Part shown: one piece after another, positions 45,673 through 59,196 of the stretch
Numbering within the stretch: the stretch's first letter is position 1
How the letters are laid out: every line of letters starts with the position of its first letter
Source of the DNA: an uncultured Halieaceae bacterium
GTDB taxonomy: Bacteria; Pseudomonadota; Gammaproteobacteria; Pseudomonadales; Halieaceae
Direction: 5' to 3'
Length of the DNA: 64,000 nucleotides
Assembly: GCA_964022665.1 (NCBI GenBank)
Contig: CAXIDF010000002.1
Location: forward strand, 207,797-271,796
Made by a program: the position numbers and the translations under genes
The notes under the pieces: generated by a model
What the model was told of the DNA's origin: nothing
Database searches by the model: none
What the model saw: only the letters and a program-made list of their open reading frames with translations

Positions 45673-46890
45673 ATGGCAACCAACGCGGCAAAAAACGTAT
45701 TTGTGTGGAACGGCGTCGATCGCAATGGGCGCACCACGCAGGGTGAAATCACCGCCCAGAGTTCGGGGGTAGCCCGCGCCCAACTGCGCACCCAGGGCAT
45801 CAAACCGAAAACGGTCAAGAAAAAGGCCAAGCCCCTGTTCGGCGGCAGCGGCAAGCCCATCAAGCCCGCAGACATTGCCATTTTCACCCGGCAACTCGCC
45901 ACCATGATGAAGGCGGGTGTGCCTCTGGTGCAGAGTTTTGACATTGTTGCCGAGGGGCTGGACAAGCCGCGCATGCGCGAACTGGTGGTCAGCATCAAGA
46001 ACGATGTGGCCTCCGGTTCCGGCCTGGCGCCCTCGCTGGCCAAATATCCACGGCAGTTCGACGATCTCTTCTGCAGCCTGGTGGCCTCGGGTGAAGCCTC
46101 CGGTACGCTGGAAGTGATGCTGAGCCGGGTGGCAACCTACAAGGAAAAAACCGAGCAGCTCAAGGCCAAGATCAAGAAGGCCATGACCTACCCCACCGCC
46201 GTGGTAGTCGTGGCCATCGTTGTGACAGCCATCCTGTTGATCAAGGTCGTGCCGCAGTTTGCGGAAACCTTCCGCAGTTTCGGATCGGACTTGCCCGCGT
46301 TCACACTGATGGTACTGGGGCTATCGAATTTTGTGCAGGAGTGGTGGTTCATCATCCTCATTGGCTTGATCGCTGCTGGTTTTGGTTTCAAGGAAGCCAA
46401 ACACCGCTCCGTGGCTTTTTCGGAGGCACTGGACCGATTGGCACTGCGCCTGCCCGTGGTTGGCGGCATCGTGCACGATGCGGTCGTGGCCCGTTTCTCG
46501 CGCACACTGGCCACAACCTTCGCCGCGGGTGTGCCGCTGGTGGATGCGCTGAACTCTACAGCCGGTGCCGCCGGCAACTCGGTGTACAGCAAGGCGATTT
46601 TGCAGATCCGCGATGACGTCACCACCGGTACCACGCTCTACCAGGCCATCCGCGCCACCGGACTGTTCCCCAACATGCTCCTGCAGATGGTTTCCATTGG
46701 CGAGGAATCCGGCGCCCTGGACGACATGCTGGACAAGGTTGCCCAGCATTACGAAGAAGCGGTTGATAATGCGGTGGACAGCCTGAGCTCACTGATGGAG
46801 CCGATCATCATGTCGGTACTCGGCGTGCTGGTGGGCGGGCTCATGATCGCCATGTACCTGCCGATCTTTATGCTGGGTTCGGTCATCTGA
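45673..46890 (+). CDS. pilC: Type IV pilus platform protein PilC
   Basis: Duplicated GspF/T2SSF domains. 405 aa. Follows pilB. Confidence 0.92.
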   Translation: MATNAAKNVFVWNGVDRNGRTTQGEITAQSSGVARAQLRTQGIKPKTVKKKAKPLFGGSGKPIKPADIAIFTRQLATMMKAGVPLVQSFDIVAEGLDKPRMRELVVSIKNDVASGSGLAPSLAKYPRQFDDLFCSLVASGEASGTLEVMLSRVATYKEKTEQLKAKIKKAMTYPTAVVVVAIVVTAILLIKVVPQFAETFRSFGSDLPAFTLMVLGLSNFVQEWWFIILIGLIAAGFGFKEAKHRSVAFSEALDRLALRLPVVGGIVHDAVVARFSRTLATTFAAGVPLVDALNSTAGAAGNSVYSKAILQIRDDVTTGTTLYQAIRATGLFPNMLLQMVSIGEESGALDDMLDKVAQHYEEAVDNAVDSLSSLMEPIIMSVLGVLVGGLMIAMYLPIFMLGSVI

Positions 46891-46902
46891 GGACAACGCC
46901 GC

Positions 46903-47769
46903 GTGCTTGACGTCTTCCTTGAGCAGCCCGGGTGGCTGGCCACCTGCCTGCTGCTGTTCGGGCTGGTCGTCGGCAGCTTTCTCAATGTGGTGGTGTACCG
47001 GTTGCCCCTGATGATGCAGGCGCAATGGCGCAGGGATTGCTGCGAACTATTGGAGCAGCCCGCGCCCGAGACTGCGCCACTCAGCCTGGCCGCACCCAAC
47101 TCCCATTGCCCCCAATGCAAGGCGCCCGTGCGCCCCTGGCAGAATATACCGGTCGTCAGCTACCTCTTGCTCGGCGGGCGCTGCGCCCAGTGTCGTGTGC
47201 GTATCTCCCCGCGCTACCCCATCGTGGAAGCCGTCACCGGGCTGACGACACTGTGGCTGGGGCTGCACTATGGCCCCACGTTACAGCTGGCCGGCGCTGT
47301 GCTGCTGACCTGGGCGCTGATCAGCCTCACCCTCATCGACTTCGACACCCAGCTCCTGCCCGATGACATCACCCTGCCGCTGCTCTGGCTGGGCCTCGCA
47401 TTCAACCTCTCGGGCACGTTCGTGCCCATCGCGGACGCTGTCCTCGGCGCCATGGCGGGCTACGGCATTCTGTGGAGCGTGTACTGGCTGTTCAAGCTGG
47501 CCACGGGGAAGGAAGGCATGGGCTATGGCGACTTCAAGTTGCTCGCAGCGCTGGGCGCCTGGCTCGGCTGGCAGGCGATGCCGCTGGTGGTTCTGCTCTC
47601 GTCGCTGGTGGGCGCGGTGGTGGGTATTGTGCTCATCGTGGTGCAGCGCCGTGGCCGCGACATCCCCATGCCCTTCGGCCCTTATCTGGCCGCGGCTGGC
47701 TGGCTGGCGCTGATCTGGGGTGAACCCATTCTCGATGCCTGGCTCGGTGCCAGCGGCCTGCCCGGGTAA
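46903..47769 (+). CDS. pilD: Prepilin peptidase / N-methyltransferase PilD
   Basis: N-terminal CxxC...CxxC (CPQC, CAQC). Catalytic GMGYGDFKL motif. GTG start. Confidence 0.9.
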   Translation: MLDVFLEQPGWLATCLLLFGLVVGSFLNVVVYRLPLMMQAQWRRDCCELLEQPAPETAPLSLAAPNSHCPQCKAPVRPWQNIPVVSYLLLGGRCAQCRVRISPRYPIVEAVTGLTTLWLGLHYGPTLQLAGAVLLTWALISLTLIDFDTQLLPDDITLPLLWLGLAFNLSGTFVPIADAVLGAMAGYGILWSVYWLFKLATGKEGMGYGDFKLLAALGAWLGWQAMPLVVLLSSLVGAVVGIVLIVVQRRGRDIPMPFGPYLAAAGWLALIWGEPILDAWLGASGLPG

Positions 47770-47794
47770 CGGCATGCAGACCAGGAAAGAGCCC

Positions 47795-48409
47795 ATGCGT
47801 TTTATTGTAGGGATCACCGGCGGTATCGGCAGCGGCAAGACGGCGGTGACCGACCGCTTCGCGCGCCACGGTATTACCGTGGTTGATGCGGATATCGTGG
47901 CACGCATCGTGGTGGAGCCGGGCACGCCGGCACTGGCGGCGATCGCCGAGCGCTTCGGCGCCGAACTGTTGCAGCCCGATGGTGGCCTGGACCGCGCCGC
48001 CCTGCGTCGCATCGTGTTCGCTGACCCGGCGCAACGCGCATGGCTGGAGCAGCTGACGCACCCGCTTATCGGCGAGGAAATCCAGCGTCAGCTGGCCGCC
48101 TCGCGCAGCCCCTATACCCTGCTCAGTTCACCCTTGCTGCTGGAGTCCGCCACGCAGCGCGCGCTAACATCGCTGGTGGTGGTGGTGGATGTCCCCGAAG
48201 CAGTACAACTCGCCCGCACCGTGCAGCGCGACAGCAATGACGCGGATCAGGTCAAGCGCATCATGGCGGCGCAGCTACCCAGAGCACAACGGCTGGCGCT
48301 GGCGGACATCGTGCTTGATAACAGCGGCCCGCTGGACGCGCTGGATGGGGTGGTGGCTGAGCTTCACAAAGAGTTTCTGCAGCGCGCGGAGGAAGCGCGC
48401 CAGGTCTGA
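47795..48409 (+). CDS. coaE: Dephospho-CoA kinase
   Basis: MRFIVGITGGIGSGKT P-loop. ATG at 47795 with an AGGAAAGAG RBS. pilBCD-coaE synteny. Confidence 0.9.
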   Translation: MRFIVGITGGIGSGKTAVTDRFARHGITVVDADIVARIVVEPGTPALAAIAERFGAELLQPDGGLDRAALRRIVFADPAQRAWLEQLTHPLIGEEIQRQLAASRSPYTLLSSPLLLESATQRALTSLVVVVDVPEAVQLARTVQRDSNDADQVKRIMAAQLPRAQRLALADIVLDNSGPLDALDGVVAELHKEFLQRAEEARQV

Positions 48410-48432
48410 TGCACCAGGTCTGATGCGCCAGT

Positions 48433-48846
48433 TCATGTGCCGAAGGAGGCGTGTGCCAGATGCTGGCGCACAGCAGACACGATCGGTGCATTGGCGGCAG
48501 GAAACTCATAGCGCGATAACTCATCAGCGCTGACCCAACGCAGCGGCTGGCCCTCCAGCCCGCGCGCTTCGCCCGCAAGCGCCGTAACCAGGTGTACATC
48601 CAGCAACACGGCCTTGTCGCCATAATTGAACGGCACCAACAGCAGCGGCCGGGATGCCGCAAAACCTATGCCGAGCTCTTCGCGCAACTCGCGCGCGAGG
48701 GCGTGTTCCACTGACTCACCAGGCTCTACCTTGCCGCCCGGGAACTCCCACAGCCCGCCCTGGTGCGCCGCACTGGCGCGGCGGCTGATAAGAATATTAC
48801 CTTGCTCGTCCAGCAGCACACCGACGGCGACATGCACTGCCGCCAT
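48433..48846 (-). CDS. mutT: MutT-type NUDIX pyrophosphohydrolase (8-oxo-dGTP diphosphatase-like)
   Basis: Nudix box GGKVEPGESVEHALARELREELGI. 137 aa. Confidence 0.8.
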   Translation of the reverse strand: MAAVHVAVGVLLDEQGNILISRRASAAHQGGLWEFPGGKVEPGESVEHALARELREELGIGFAASRPLLLVPFNYGDKAVLLDVHLVTALAGEARGLEGQPLRWVSADELSRYEFPAANAPIVSAVRQHLAHASFGT

Positions 48847-50073
48847 TCAGGTACGGTACTCCGCATTGATGCGCACGTAGTCGTAGGAGAAGTCGCTGGT
48901 CCAGACGGTGGCTGCGGCAGGTCCGCGCTGCAGTTGAACACGGATGGTGATGTCCTCTGCGGCCATGGCAGCGGCGCCCTGCTGCTCTGTATAGCTCGCC
49001 GCCCGGCAGCCCTGCTCGGCGATCAGCACATCGTTCAGGTAGACGGCCACACGCGTCACATCAAGATCGTCCAGCCCGGCGCGGCCGATAGCGGCCAGCA
49101 GGCGGCCCCAGTTGGGGTCGGAGGCGAACAGGGCGGTTTTCACCAGCGGCGAGTGGGCAATGGTAAAGGCCACATCAAGGCACTCCTGCTCATCGCCACC
49201 ACCGTTAACCTGCACCGTGACAAACTTGCTGGCGCCTTCGCCGTCGCGCACCAGTCCCTCGGCCAGCGTCACGCAGGCTTCCTGGAGGGCATCGCGCAGC
49301 GCCGCGTAGAGCGGCTCATCGGTCGACTCCAGCAGGGTGTTGCCGGCCGCACCGGTCGCCACCAGCATGCAGGCATCATTGGTGGAGGTGTCGCCATCTA
49401 CCGTTATCCGGTTGAAGGACATTTCCACCGCGTCTGCCAGCAGGGCCTGCAGCAATGCCGGGCTTACCGCCACATCCGTGGCCAGATAGGCCAACATGGT
49501 GGCCATGTTGGGCCGCAGCATGCCGGCGCCCTTGGCCATACCCGTGAGCACATGGCTACGCCCGTTACAGCTGAAACGGACCGAGCAGGCCTTGGGCCGG
49601 GTGTCGGTGGTCATGATGCCGTGCGCCGCATCGAGCCAGCCGTCTTCACGCAGTTCGGCCAGCGCCTGTGGCAATACATCCACAATCTTCTGTACCGGCA
49701 GCGGCTCACCGATCACGCCGGTGGAGAATGGCAGCACCGCTTCAGTGGGCACCCCGGTGAGCTCGGCAACGGCGCCGGCACAGCGCCGCGCGTCCGCCAG
49801 GCCGGGTTCACCGGTGCCCGCATTGGCGTTGCCGGTGTTCACCAGCAAGTAGGCGCACCGTTGCTGGCTGGCCGCGAGGTGCGACCTGGCCACCACGACC
49901 GGTGCCGCACAAAATGCGTTGCGGGTAAACACGCCGGCGACATGACTGCCAGGCGTCAACGCCATCAGCACAACATCCCTGCGCCCGGGCTTCTTGATAC
50001 CCGCCGACACCGTGGCCAGGCGCAAGCCCGCTACCGGCAGCAATTCACCAAGGTTTGCTTCACCCACCGCCAT
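48847..50073 (-). CDS. argJ: Bifunctional glutamate N-acetyltransferase / amino-acid acetyltransferase ArgJ
   Basis: GMLRPNMATMLAYLATD autoprocessing-site region. 408 aa, ending in the conserved ...INAEYRT. Confidence 0.9.
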   Translation of the reverse strand: MAVGEANLGELLPVAGLRLATVSAGIKKPGRRDVVLMALTPGSHVAGVFTRNAFCAAPVVVARSHLAASQQRCAYLLVNTGNANAGTGEPGLADARRCAGAVAELTGVPTEAVLPFSTGVIGEPLPVQKIVDVLPQALAELREDGWLDAAHGIMTTDTRPKACSVRFSCNGRSHVLTGMAKGAGMLRPNMATMLAYLATDVAVSPALLQALLADAVEMSFNRITVDGDTSTNDACMLVATGAAGNTLLESTDEPLYAALRDALQEACVTLAEGLVRDGEGASKFVTVQVNGGGDEQECLDVAFTIAHSPLVKTALFASDPNWGRLLAAIGRAGLDDLDVTRVAVYLNDVLIAEQGCRAASYTEQQGAAAMAAEDITIRVQLQRGPAAATVWTSDFSYDYVRINAEYRT

Positions 50074-50102
50074 AGGCGTTCTCTCCCGCTATGCTGCCTG
50101 CG

Positions 50103-52823
<2,721 letters not shown>

Positions 52824-52906
52824 TAGGAAATCACTGCGTTAGACATCAGGGCATCACCCACCCGGCTCAACACCCGGCGGGGAACAAATTCAGCGGTAGT
52901 GAAAAT

Positions 52907-53839
52907 TCAGCGTCGGGTGCGATGCACGTAGCTGGAAGGGTCGACCGGACGGCCGTGTTTGTAGACCTCGAAGTGCACATGCGGGCCCGTGGCGCGGCCA
53001 CTGGAACCCATGAGGGCGACAGCCTGCCCCTTGCGCACAAGATCGCCAGGCTCAACGAGGTTGGATTGATTGTGTGCATAGCGCGTGAGCAGACCATCGC
53101 CGTGGGAGACCTCGACCATCATCCCGTAGCCGTTGCTGTCGTTGCCGGCAAAGGTCACGACGCCACCGGCTACGGCGATCACATTCGAGCCGGCCTTGCC
53201 CGCATAGTCGATACCGTAATGGGCGGAGCGCTTGCCGGAAAAGGGGTCCGTGCGCACGCCAAAGCCGGAAGACACCCAGCCCTTCTCCACGGGCCGCCCG
53301 GAAACCCAAGCTTCGTCGTCCAGCTTGCGGTGGGTCAACAGCGACTCGAGTATCTCCAACTGCTGTTCGCGTTCGGTGAGACGCTCGGCAAAATGCTGCA
53401 GCTCGCCGGTCAGGTCGGGCGCCAGATACTCCACGCTGAAGTCTGCGGCCAGAGGACCACCCACGGCGGGCGGCTGGCTGAAATCGAACTCGCCGTCCTG
53501 CAGGTCGGCCATGACGGTGAGGTGCTCGCCCAACGCGTCAAGGCGTGTCATGCGTGCCTGCAACTCGGCAAGGCTCAGGGTCATGGCCTGCAGCTTGCGC
53601 TCGGCCTCTAACCGAAGCCCTTCGAGTTCAGTGGATTGGGTAGCGAGTTCGTCCTGCAGGCTGTCCAGGGAGTTGTCGCGTACATCGCGTGCCTGCGTCT
53701 CCTGGCCCACGAAGTACCCGAGCGCAACCATACCCAGCGGCAGCCCCAGACAGCACAGGGACAACAGGGCACGGGACCAGCGACCCAACTCCAGGGAGCG
53801 GGACCCGCCGTGCTTGCGGCTTATCAGAATGACTTTCAT
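52907..53839 (-). CDS. M23-family peptidoglycan metalloendopeptidase with coiled-coil region
   Basis: C-terminal LytM domain (HYGIDYA ... GATGPHVHFEV). N-terminal anchor and coiled coil. ATG at 53839 preferred over the TTG at 53845. Confidence 0.85.
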   Translation of the reverse strand: MKVILISRKHGGSRSLELGRWSRALLSLCCLGLPLGMVALGYFVGQETQARDVRDNSLDSLQDELATQSTELEGLRLEAERKLQAMTLSLAELQARMTRLDALGEHLTVMADLQDGEFDFSQPPAVGGPLAADFSVEYLAPDLTGELQHFAERLTEREQQLEILESLLTHRKLDDEAWVSGRPVEKGWVSSGFGVRTDPFSGKRSAHYGIDYAGKAGSNVIAVAGGVVTFAGNDSNGYGMMVEVSHGDGLLTRYAHNQSNLVEPGDLVRKGQAVALMGSSGRATGPHVHFEVYKHGRPVDPSSYVHRTRR

Positions 53840-53975
53840 TGGCAACCGGTTGCAATGAACTGACGCGCGAGTGTGCCATAGTCACGGGAATATTACCAAT
53901 GACAATTTCCGCGTCAGGCACCGCGGGCAGACGCCGCAGGCCCCCGCTGCCCTGTCCCTGCTGGCGGGCCGGCTA

Positions 53976-54887
53976 TCAGGCTGCCGCAGGGCTCAATGAG
54001 TAGGAAATGGGGGCCGTCGCTTCATCTTCAAAGGTCACCATCTCCCAGGCATCCGGCTGGGCGATCAGGGCGCGCAGGGAGGCATTGTTGAGTGCGTGGC
54101 CGGACTTGTGCGCCCGATACTCGCCGATGACACTGTAGCCGAGCAGATAGACGTCACCGATGGCGTCGAGAATCTTGTGCTTCACGAATTCATCATCGTA
54201 ACGCAAGCCGTCCTGGTTCAGGATGCGGTATTCATCCACCACGATCGCGTTGTCCACGCTACCGCCACGGGCGAGGCCCTGAGAGCGCAGATACTCGATT
54301 TCGTGCATGAACCCGAAAGTGCGCGCACGGCTGACTTCCTTGACGAACGAGGTGCTGGAAAAATCGATTTCCGCATGCGGCGAGCGCTCGCGGAACACCG
54401 GGTGATCGAACTCGATGGAAAACGAGACCTTGAAGCCATCAAAGGGGAGAAAGCTGGCTGTCTTGTCCCCGTCTTCCACCGTGACCGGACGCTTGATGCG
54501 GATGAATTTCTTCGCCGCCGGTTGCTCCTCAATCCCCGCAGACTGGATGAGGAATACAAACGGGCCCGCACTGCCATCCATGATAGGCACTTCCGACGCA
54601 CTGACATCGACGAACGCGTTATCGATACCCAGCCCCGCCATGGCTGACATCAGGTGCTCGACCGTCGACACCTTCTCGCCATTGGCGATCAGGGTGGTAG
54701 ACAGCGTGGTTTCCCGCACATTTTCCGCGCGGGCCGGAATTTCCACCACCGGGTCGAGATCCACCCGGCGGAATACAATCCCGGCGTCTACTGGCGCGGG
54801 CGAGAGGGTGAGGTACACCTTTTCGCCCGTGTGCAAACCAACACCTGTTGCCTTGATGGCGTTGCGTAATGTGCGCTGTCGAATCAT
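53976..54887 (-). CDS. lpxC: UDP-3-O-acyl-N-acetylglucosamine deacetylase
   Basis: [25 protein letters not shown]-terminus. EHLMSA and HKILD motifs. Confidence 0.92.
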   Translation of the reverse strand: MIRQRTLRNAIKATGVGLHTGEKVYLTLSPAPVDAGIVFRRVDLDPVVEIPARAENVRETTLSTTLIANGEKVSTVEHLMSAMAGLGIDNAFVDVSASEVPIMDGSAGPFVFLIQSAGIEEQPAAKKFIRIKRPVTVEDGDKTASFLPFDGFKVSFSIEFDHPVFRERSPHAEIDFSSTSFVKEVSRARTFGFMHEIEYLRSQGLARGGSVDNAIVVDEYRILNQDGLRYDDEFVKHKILDAIGDVYLLGYSVIGEYRAHKSGHALNNASLRALIAQPDAWEMVTFEDEATAPISYSLSPAAA

Positions 54888-54953
54888 GCCTTCACCCATC
54901 TCCTCTGCCCCGAATCCACCGAGGCAGCCGATCGGTGTGTCGATCCTGCCTCG

Positions 54954-56111
54954 CTAGTCCGCCTGGCGCCGCAAAAACGCGGGGATGTCAAAATAATCGT
55001 CGCTCGCCATCGCCGCGGCCTCGCCACCGGCAGACATGGCGCGACGCATCTTGGTCGGCCGCTCCAGATCGCGGTAATCGGGCTCTTCATCCGCCGCTGC
55101 AACCGCCGCGCGTGGAGCCGAATTCACCACCTGCAGCGGTGCCGCTCGCGCCACCTCGCTGCCCAGACCCGTCGCCACAACCGTCACTTTCAGCTCGTCG
55201 GTCATGTTCGGATCAATCACGGTGCCGACCACTACTGTGGCGTCATCCGATGCAAATTCCTCAATTGTGTCGCCAACTTCGGAAAACTCTCCGAGCGACA
55301 AATCCAGGCCTGCCGTAATATTCACCAGGATACCGCGCGCCCCGCGCAGATCGATATCATCCAGCAGCGGGCTGTTGATGGCGCGTTCCGCTGCTTCCCG
55401 GGCCCGGTTTTCACCGCGCGCAGAGCCGGTACCCATCATCGCCATGCCCATCTCGGACATGACCGTGCGCACATCGGCAAAATCCACGTTGATCATGCCG
55501 GGGCGGATAATCAGGTCAGCGATACCCTGAACTGCGCCCAACAATACATCATTCGCTTCTTTGAAGGCATCCAATAAACTGGTACTTTTTCCGAGCACTT
55601 CCAGCAACTTTTCGTTGGGAATGGTGATCAGGGAATCAACGTGTTGCTGCAATTCCTGCACCCCGTCCAGCGCAATCGCCAGGCGCTTCTTGCCCTCGAA
55701 CGGGAACGGACGGGTGACTACAGCAACCGTGAGAATACCCATCTCGCGGGCCACTTCGGCCACAATCGGTGCACCGCCCGTGCCGGTACCGCCGCCCATG
55801 CCGGCGGTGATGAACACCATGTCGGCTCCGCGCAGGGCATCGGCAATGCGCTCGCGGTCCTCAAGCGCAGCGGCACGCCCGATTTCCGGGTTTGCGCCGG
55901 CACCGAGCCCCTTGGTGATGGCACCACCCAACTGCAGCACGGTCTTCGAACGGATGTCCGAGAGCGCCTGCGCGTCGGTATTGGCACAGATGAAATCCAC
56001 ACCTTCCACGGAATTCTCGATCATGTGCTTGACCGCGTTGCCGCCGCCACCGCCAACACCAATGACCTTGATGACCGCGTTCTGTGGTACGTTGTCGATA
56101 AGTTCAAACAT
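54954..56111 (-). CDS. ftsZ: Cell division GTPase FtsZ
   Basis: Tubulin signature GGGTGTGG. N-terminus VIGVGGGGGNAV. C-terminal DIPAFLRRQAD. Confidence 0.95.
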   Translation of the reverse strand: MFELIDNVPQNAVIKVIGVGGGGGNAVKHMIENSVEGVDFICANTDAQALSDIRSKTVLQLGGAITKGLGAGANPEIGRAAALEDRERIADALRGADMVFITAGMGGGTGTGGAPIVAEVAREMGILTVAVVTRPFPFEGKKRLAIALDGVQELQQHVDSLITIPNEKLLEVLGKSTSLLDAFKEANDVLLGAVQGIADLIIRPGMINVDFADVRTVMSEMGMAMMGTGSARGENRAREAAERAINSPLLDDIDLRGARGILVNITAGLDLSLGEFSEVGDTIEEFASDDATVVVGTVIDPNMTDELKVTVVATGLGSEVARAAPLQVVNSAPRAAVAAADEEPDYRDLERPTKMRRAMSAGGEAAAMASDDYFDIPAFLRRQAD

Positions 56112-56173
56112 AGCGTTTCTCCCCTTTCCTTTATGTTGCCACGCCGTGGCGTGACGGTTTACCGCAAAAAATT

Positions 56174-57412
56174 CTAGAAATTGCTCTGGATCCAGTTGCG
56201 CAGGCGGGCCACCAGGCCATCGCCGCTGGCCGCGCTGCGCTGGGCACTGCCGGCGCGCTCTCCCGCCTGCTTCTGCCCGTACTGCAACAGGCCTACCCCG
56301 GTGGAGTAGATCGGGTTGCGCACAATGTCGTTCAAACCCTTCACCGACTGCGGGTAACCCACTCGCACCGGCATATGAAAAATCTCTTCGGCCAGCTCGA
56401 CCACACCTTCCATCTTGGAGGTGCCACCGGTGAGCACGACACCGGCCCGAATGGCTTCTTCGTAGCCACTGCGGCGTAGTTCGCCCTGGATCAGTGTGAA
56501 CAGCTCGTCGTAACGTGGCTCCACCACCTCGGCCAGCGACTGCCGGGAGAGATCCCGCGGCGGGCGGTCGCCCACACTCGGCACCTTGATGGTTTCGTCC
56601 GGGCCGGCGAGCTGCGTAAGGGCGCAGGCATACTTGATCTTGATCTCTTCGGCATGCTGCGTGGGCGTGCGCAGCGCGGTGGCGATATCGTTGGTGACCT
56701 GGTCACCGGCAATCGGGATAACGCCGGTGTGGCGAATGGACCCTTCTGTAAAGATGGCGATGTCCGTGGTGCCACCGCCTATGTCCACCAGGCACACGCC
56801 CAGCTCGCGCTCGTCTTCCGTCAGCACGGAGTAGCTGGAAGCCAGCTGCTCGAGAATCACCTCTTCCACTTCCAGGCCACAGCGCCGAATGCATTTCTCG
56901 ATGTTCTGTGCCGCATTCACCGCACAGGTTACGAGGTGCACCTTGGCCTCGAGGCGCACGCCGGACATGCCCAGGGGCTCCTTGACGCCTTCCTGGTTAT
57001 CGATCACGTATTCCTGGGGCAGGATGTGCAGCACTTTCTGATCGGCGGGAATGGCCACCGCCTGCGCCGCGTCCAGCACCCGCTCGAGGTCGGGCGGCTG
57101 CACCTCACGATCACGAATCGCCACAATGCCGTGCGAGTTCAGGCTGCGGATGTGACTGCCGGCGATGCCCACGTACACCGAGTGGATCTGGCAGCCCGCC
57201 ATCAGCTCCGCCTCCTCCACGGCACGCTGGATGGACTGCACGGTTGACTCGATATTGACGATCACGCCCTTTTTCATGCCCTTGGACGGATGAGAGCCGA
57301 TGCCCACGACTTCCAGCCCACCTTCAGCGCCGATCTCCCCCACCAGGGCCACCACCTTGGATGTGCCGATATCCAGCCCTACGATCATCCTTTTGTCCTG
57401 AACGCTGCCCAT
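56174..57412 (-). CDS. ftsA: Cell division protein FtsA
   Basis: Actin-like fold. VGLDIGTSKV and DIGGGTTD motifs. ATG at 57412 with a GGGGAG RBS; the track ORF has a spurious 62-aa extension. Confidence 0.92.
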   Translation of the reverse strand: MGSVQDKRMIVGLDIGTSKVVALVGEIGAEGGLEVVGIGSHPSKGMKKGVIVNIESTVQSIQRAVEEAELMAGCQIHSVYVGIAGSHIRSLNSHGIVAIRDREVQPPDLERVLDAAQAVAIPADQKVLHILPQEYVIDNQEGVKEPLGMSGVRLEAKVHLVTCAVNAAQNIEKCIRRCGLEVEEVILEQLASSYSVLTEDERELGVCLVDIGGGTTDIAIFTEGSIRHTGVIPIAGDQVTNDIATALRTPTQHAEEIKIKYACALTQLAGPDETIKVPSVGDRPPRDLSRQSLAEVVEPRYDELFTLIQGELRRSGYEEAIRAGVVLTGGTSKMEGVVELAEEIFHMPVRVGYPQSVKGLNDIVRNPIYSTGVGLLQYGQKQAGERAGSAQRSAASGDGLVARLRNWIQSNF

Positions 57413-57434
57413 GGCAGTGACACTCCCCACTGAA

Positions 57435-58274
57435 TTATTTATCGACCACACTGGCCAGTTGCGCGGCTTCTGCTTCCGGCTCGCGGAACGCCACCGCCAG
57501 TCCGCTCTCGTAGCGCAGGTCCACCCGCTCCACTTCGCTCCAGCGCGCCGCCAGCTCGCGGTGGTAGACCGTTGCAAACCGCTCGAGGCGATCGCCAAAA
57601 TCCACGTTACCCAGAGCCAGTCGTGTGCCGCTATCGAGCTCGGCGCTCAGGTGCCCGCGATCGTCGAGTGACAGGGCGTGCAGCACCAGCCCCATCGGTT
57701 GCAGCAGGTCACCCAGCTGCTGGTAGCTGACGATCAGCTCGCGCGCTGAGCCCGGCGGGCCGTCGAGTCGCGGCAGCGAGTCTTCACCCGTCACGCTGGC
57801 AGACTGGAACACCTCACCCTCGTGATTCAAAAAGCCCCCCTGCCCCCAACGGGCGATGGGCAGCTGCTCCTGCACGCTGATCTCCAGAGTGCTGGGCCAG
57901 CGCCGGCGCACACTGACCCGATAGATCCAGGGCAGGTCCTGCAGCCGGGCGCGCACCTCGTCCAGGTTCGCGCTCAGGAACCCGCCCACCAGAGCGGGCT
58001 GGACCATGTCCTGCACCACCTCGGTCTGGGTGCGGTGCAGCGAACCGGTCACCGCGATGCGCTGCACCGGTATCTCCTGCAGGGCAATCCATCCACGCAG
58101 GCCGACCACACACACCACGCCGGTGGCGAGCAGGACCAGCAGGCGGTTGACCCAGCCGTCGAGCAGGCGCAGTCCCGGCTGCACGCCCGGACGCGGCGCA
58201 CGCACGGGCCGCCGGCGTGTTGCCCCCGCTGAACTGCGGCGCCGTGTGGTCGCTGCCTTGCGCGGCTCAACCAT
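57435..58274 (-). CDS. ftsQ: Cell division protein FtsQ
   Basis: Basic N-terminus, a single TM helix and a POTRA-like region. Positioned between ddl and ftsA. Confidence 0.8.
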   Translation of the reverse strand: MVEPRKAATTRRRSSAGATRRRPVRAPRPGVQPGLRLLDGWVNRLLVLLATGVVCVVGLRGWIALQEIPVQRIAVTGSLHRTQTEVVQDMVQPALVGGFLSANLDEVRARLQDLPWIYRVSVRRRWPSTLEISVQEQLPIARWGQGGFLNHEGEVFQSASVTGEDSLPRLDGPPGSARELIVSYQQLGDLLQPMGLVLHALSLDDRGHLSAELDSGTRLALGNVDFGDRLERFATVYHRELAARWSEVERVDLRYESGLAVAFREPEAEAAQLASVVDK

Positions 58275-59196
58275 GCGCGCGGCCCTCCCAGCTCAATTCG
58301 ACAATGCGCTGTACCAGCGCTTCGATGGACATGCCCACCGCGCGCGCGGCCATCGGCACCAGGCTGTGCGAGGTCATGCCGGGGATGGTGTTGACTTCCA
58401 ACACATAGAACCGTCCATCGCTGTCGCGCATCAGATCCACGCGACCCCACACAGAGCAGCCGAGGCTGCGGAACGCCGCCAGCGCCAGCGCGCCCGCTTC
58501 TGCTTCATCCGCGGCGCTCAGACCACTGGGACAGTGATAGCGCGTTTCGTCCGACAGATACTTCGCCTCGTAGTCGTAGAACTCGCGATCGGTTTCCATG
58601 CGGATCGACGGCAGCGTGCTCTCACCGAGCACCGCCACGGTGTATTCCGGACCCTGGATAAACTGCTCCGCCAGCACGGTGCCGCCAAACGCGGAGGCCT
58701 TCTGCCATGCCCCGGCGAGCGCCTCCGCCGAAGCAGCCGGTGCCATGCCGACGCTGGAACCTTCACAGGCCGGTTTGACAAACACCTTGCCGAAGCGCGC
58801 TATCACCGCCGCCCAATCGCTGTCTGCGTCGAGCATCACAAAGCCGCCGGTGCTGACGCCAACACCCTGCCAGAGCTGCTTGCTGCGCTGCTTGTCCATG
58901 GCCAGCGCAGAGCCCAGGACGCCGGAGCCGGAATAGGGAATCTGCAGGGTTTCCAGCGCACCCTGAATCACGCCGTCCTCACCACCCGGCCCGTGCAGGG
59001 CATTGAAGGCAAAGGTCACGTTGTCCAGCTGTGTCACCCACCCGGGCACTGCGGGGTCCACCTCGCGCACCTCACAGCCCAGCGCGCGCAGGGCAGTGAC
59101 AATCGTCGCACCGCTCTGCAGCGATACGTCGCGCTCGGCAGAGCGCCCACCCAGCAGCACCGCCACGGTGCCAGCACTCGCCTGCTGCCAGCTCAT
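58267..59196 (-). CDS. ddl: D-alanine--D-alanine ligase
   Basis: ATP-grasp fold. [17 protein letters not shown]-terminus. C-terminal EVNTIPGMT motif. Confidence 0.9.
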   Translation of the reverse strand: MSWQQASAGTVAVLLGGRSAERDVSLQSGATIVTALRALGCEVREVDPAVPGWVTQLDNVTFAFNALHGPGGEDGVIQGALETLQIPYSGSGVLGSALAMDKQRSKQLWQGVGVSTGGFVMLDADSDWAAVIARFGKVFVKPACEGSSVGMAPAASAEALAGAWQKASAFGGTVLAEQFIQGPEYTVAVLGESTLPSIRMETDREFYDYEAKYLSDETRYHCPSGLSAADEAEAGALALAAFRSLGCSVWGRVDLMRDSDGRFYVLEVNTIPGMTSHSLVPMAARAVGMSIEALVQRIVELSWEGRAHG

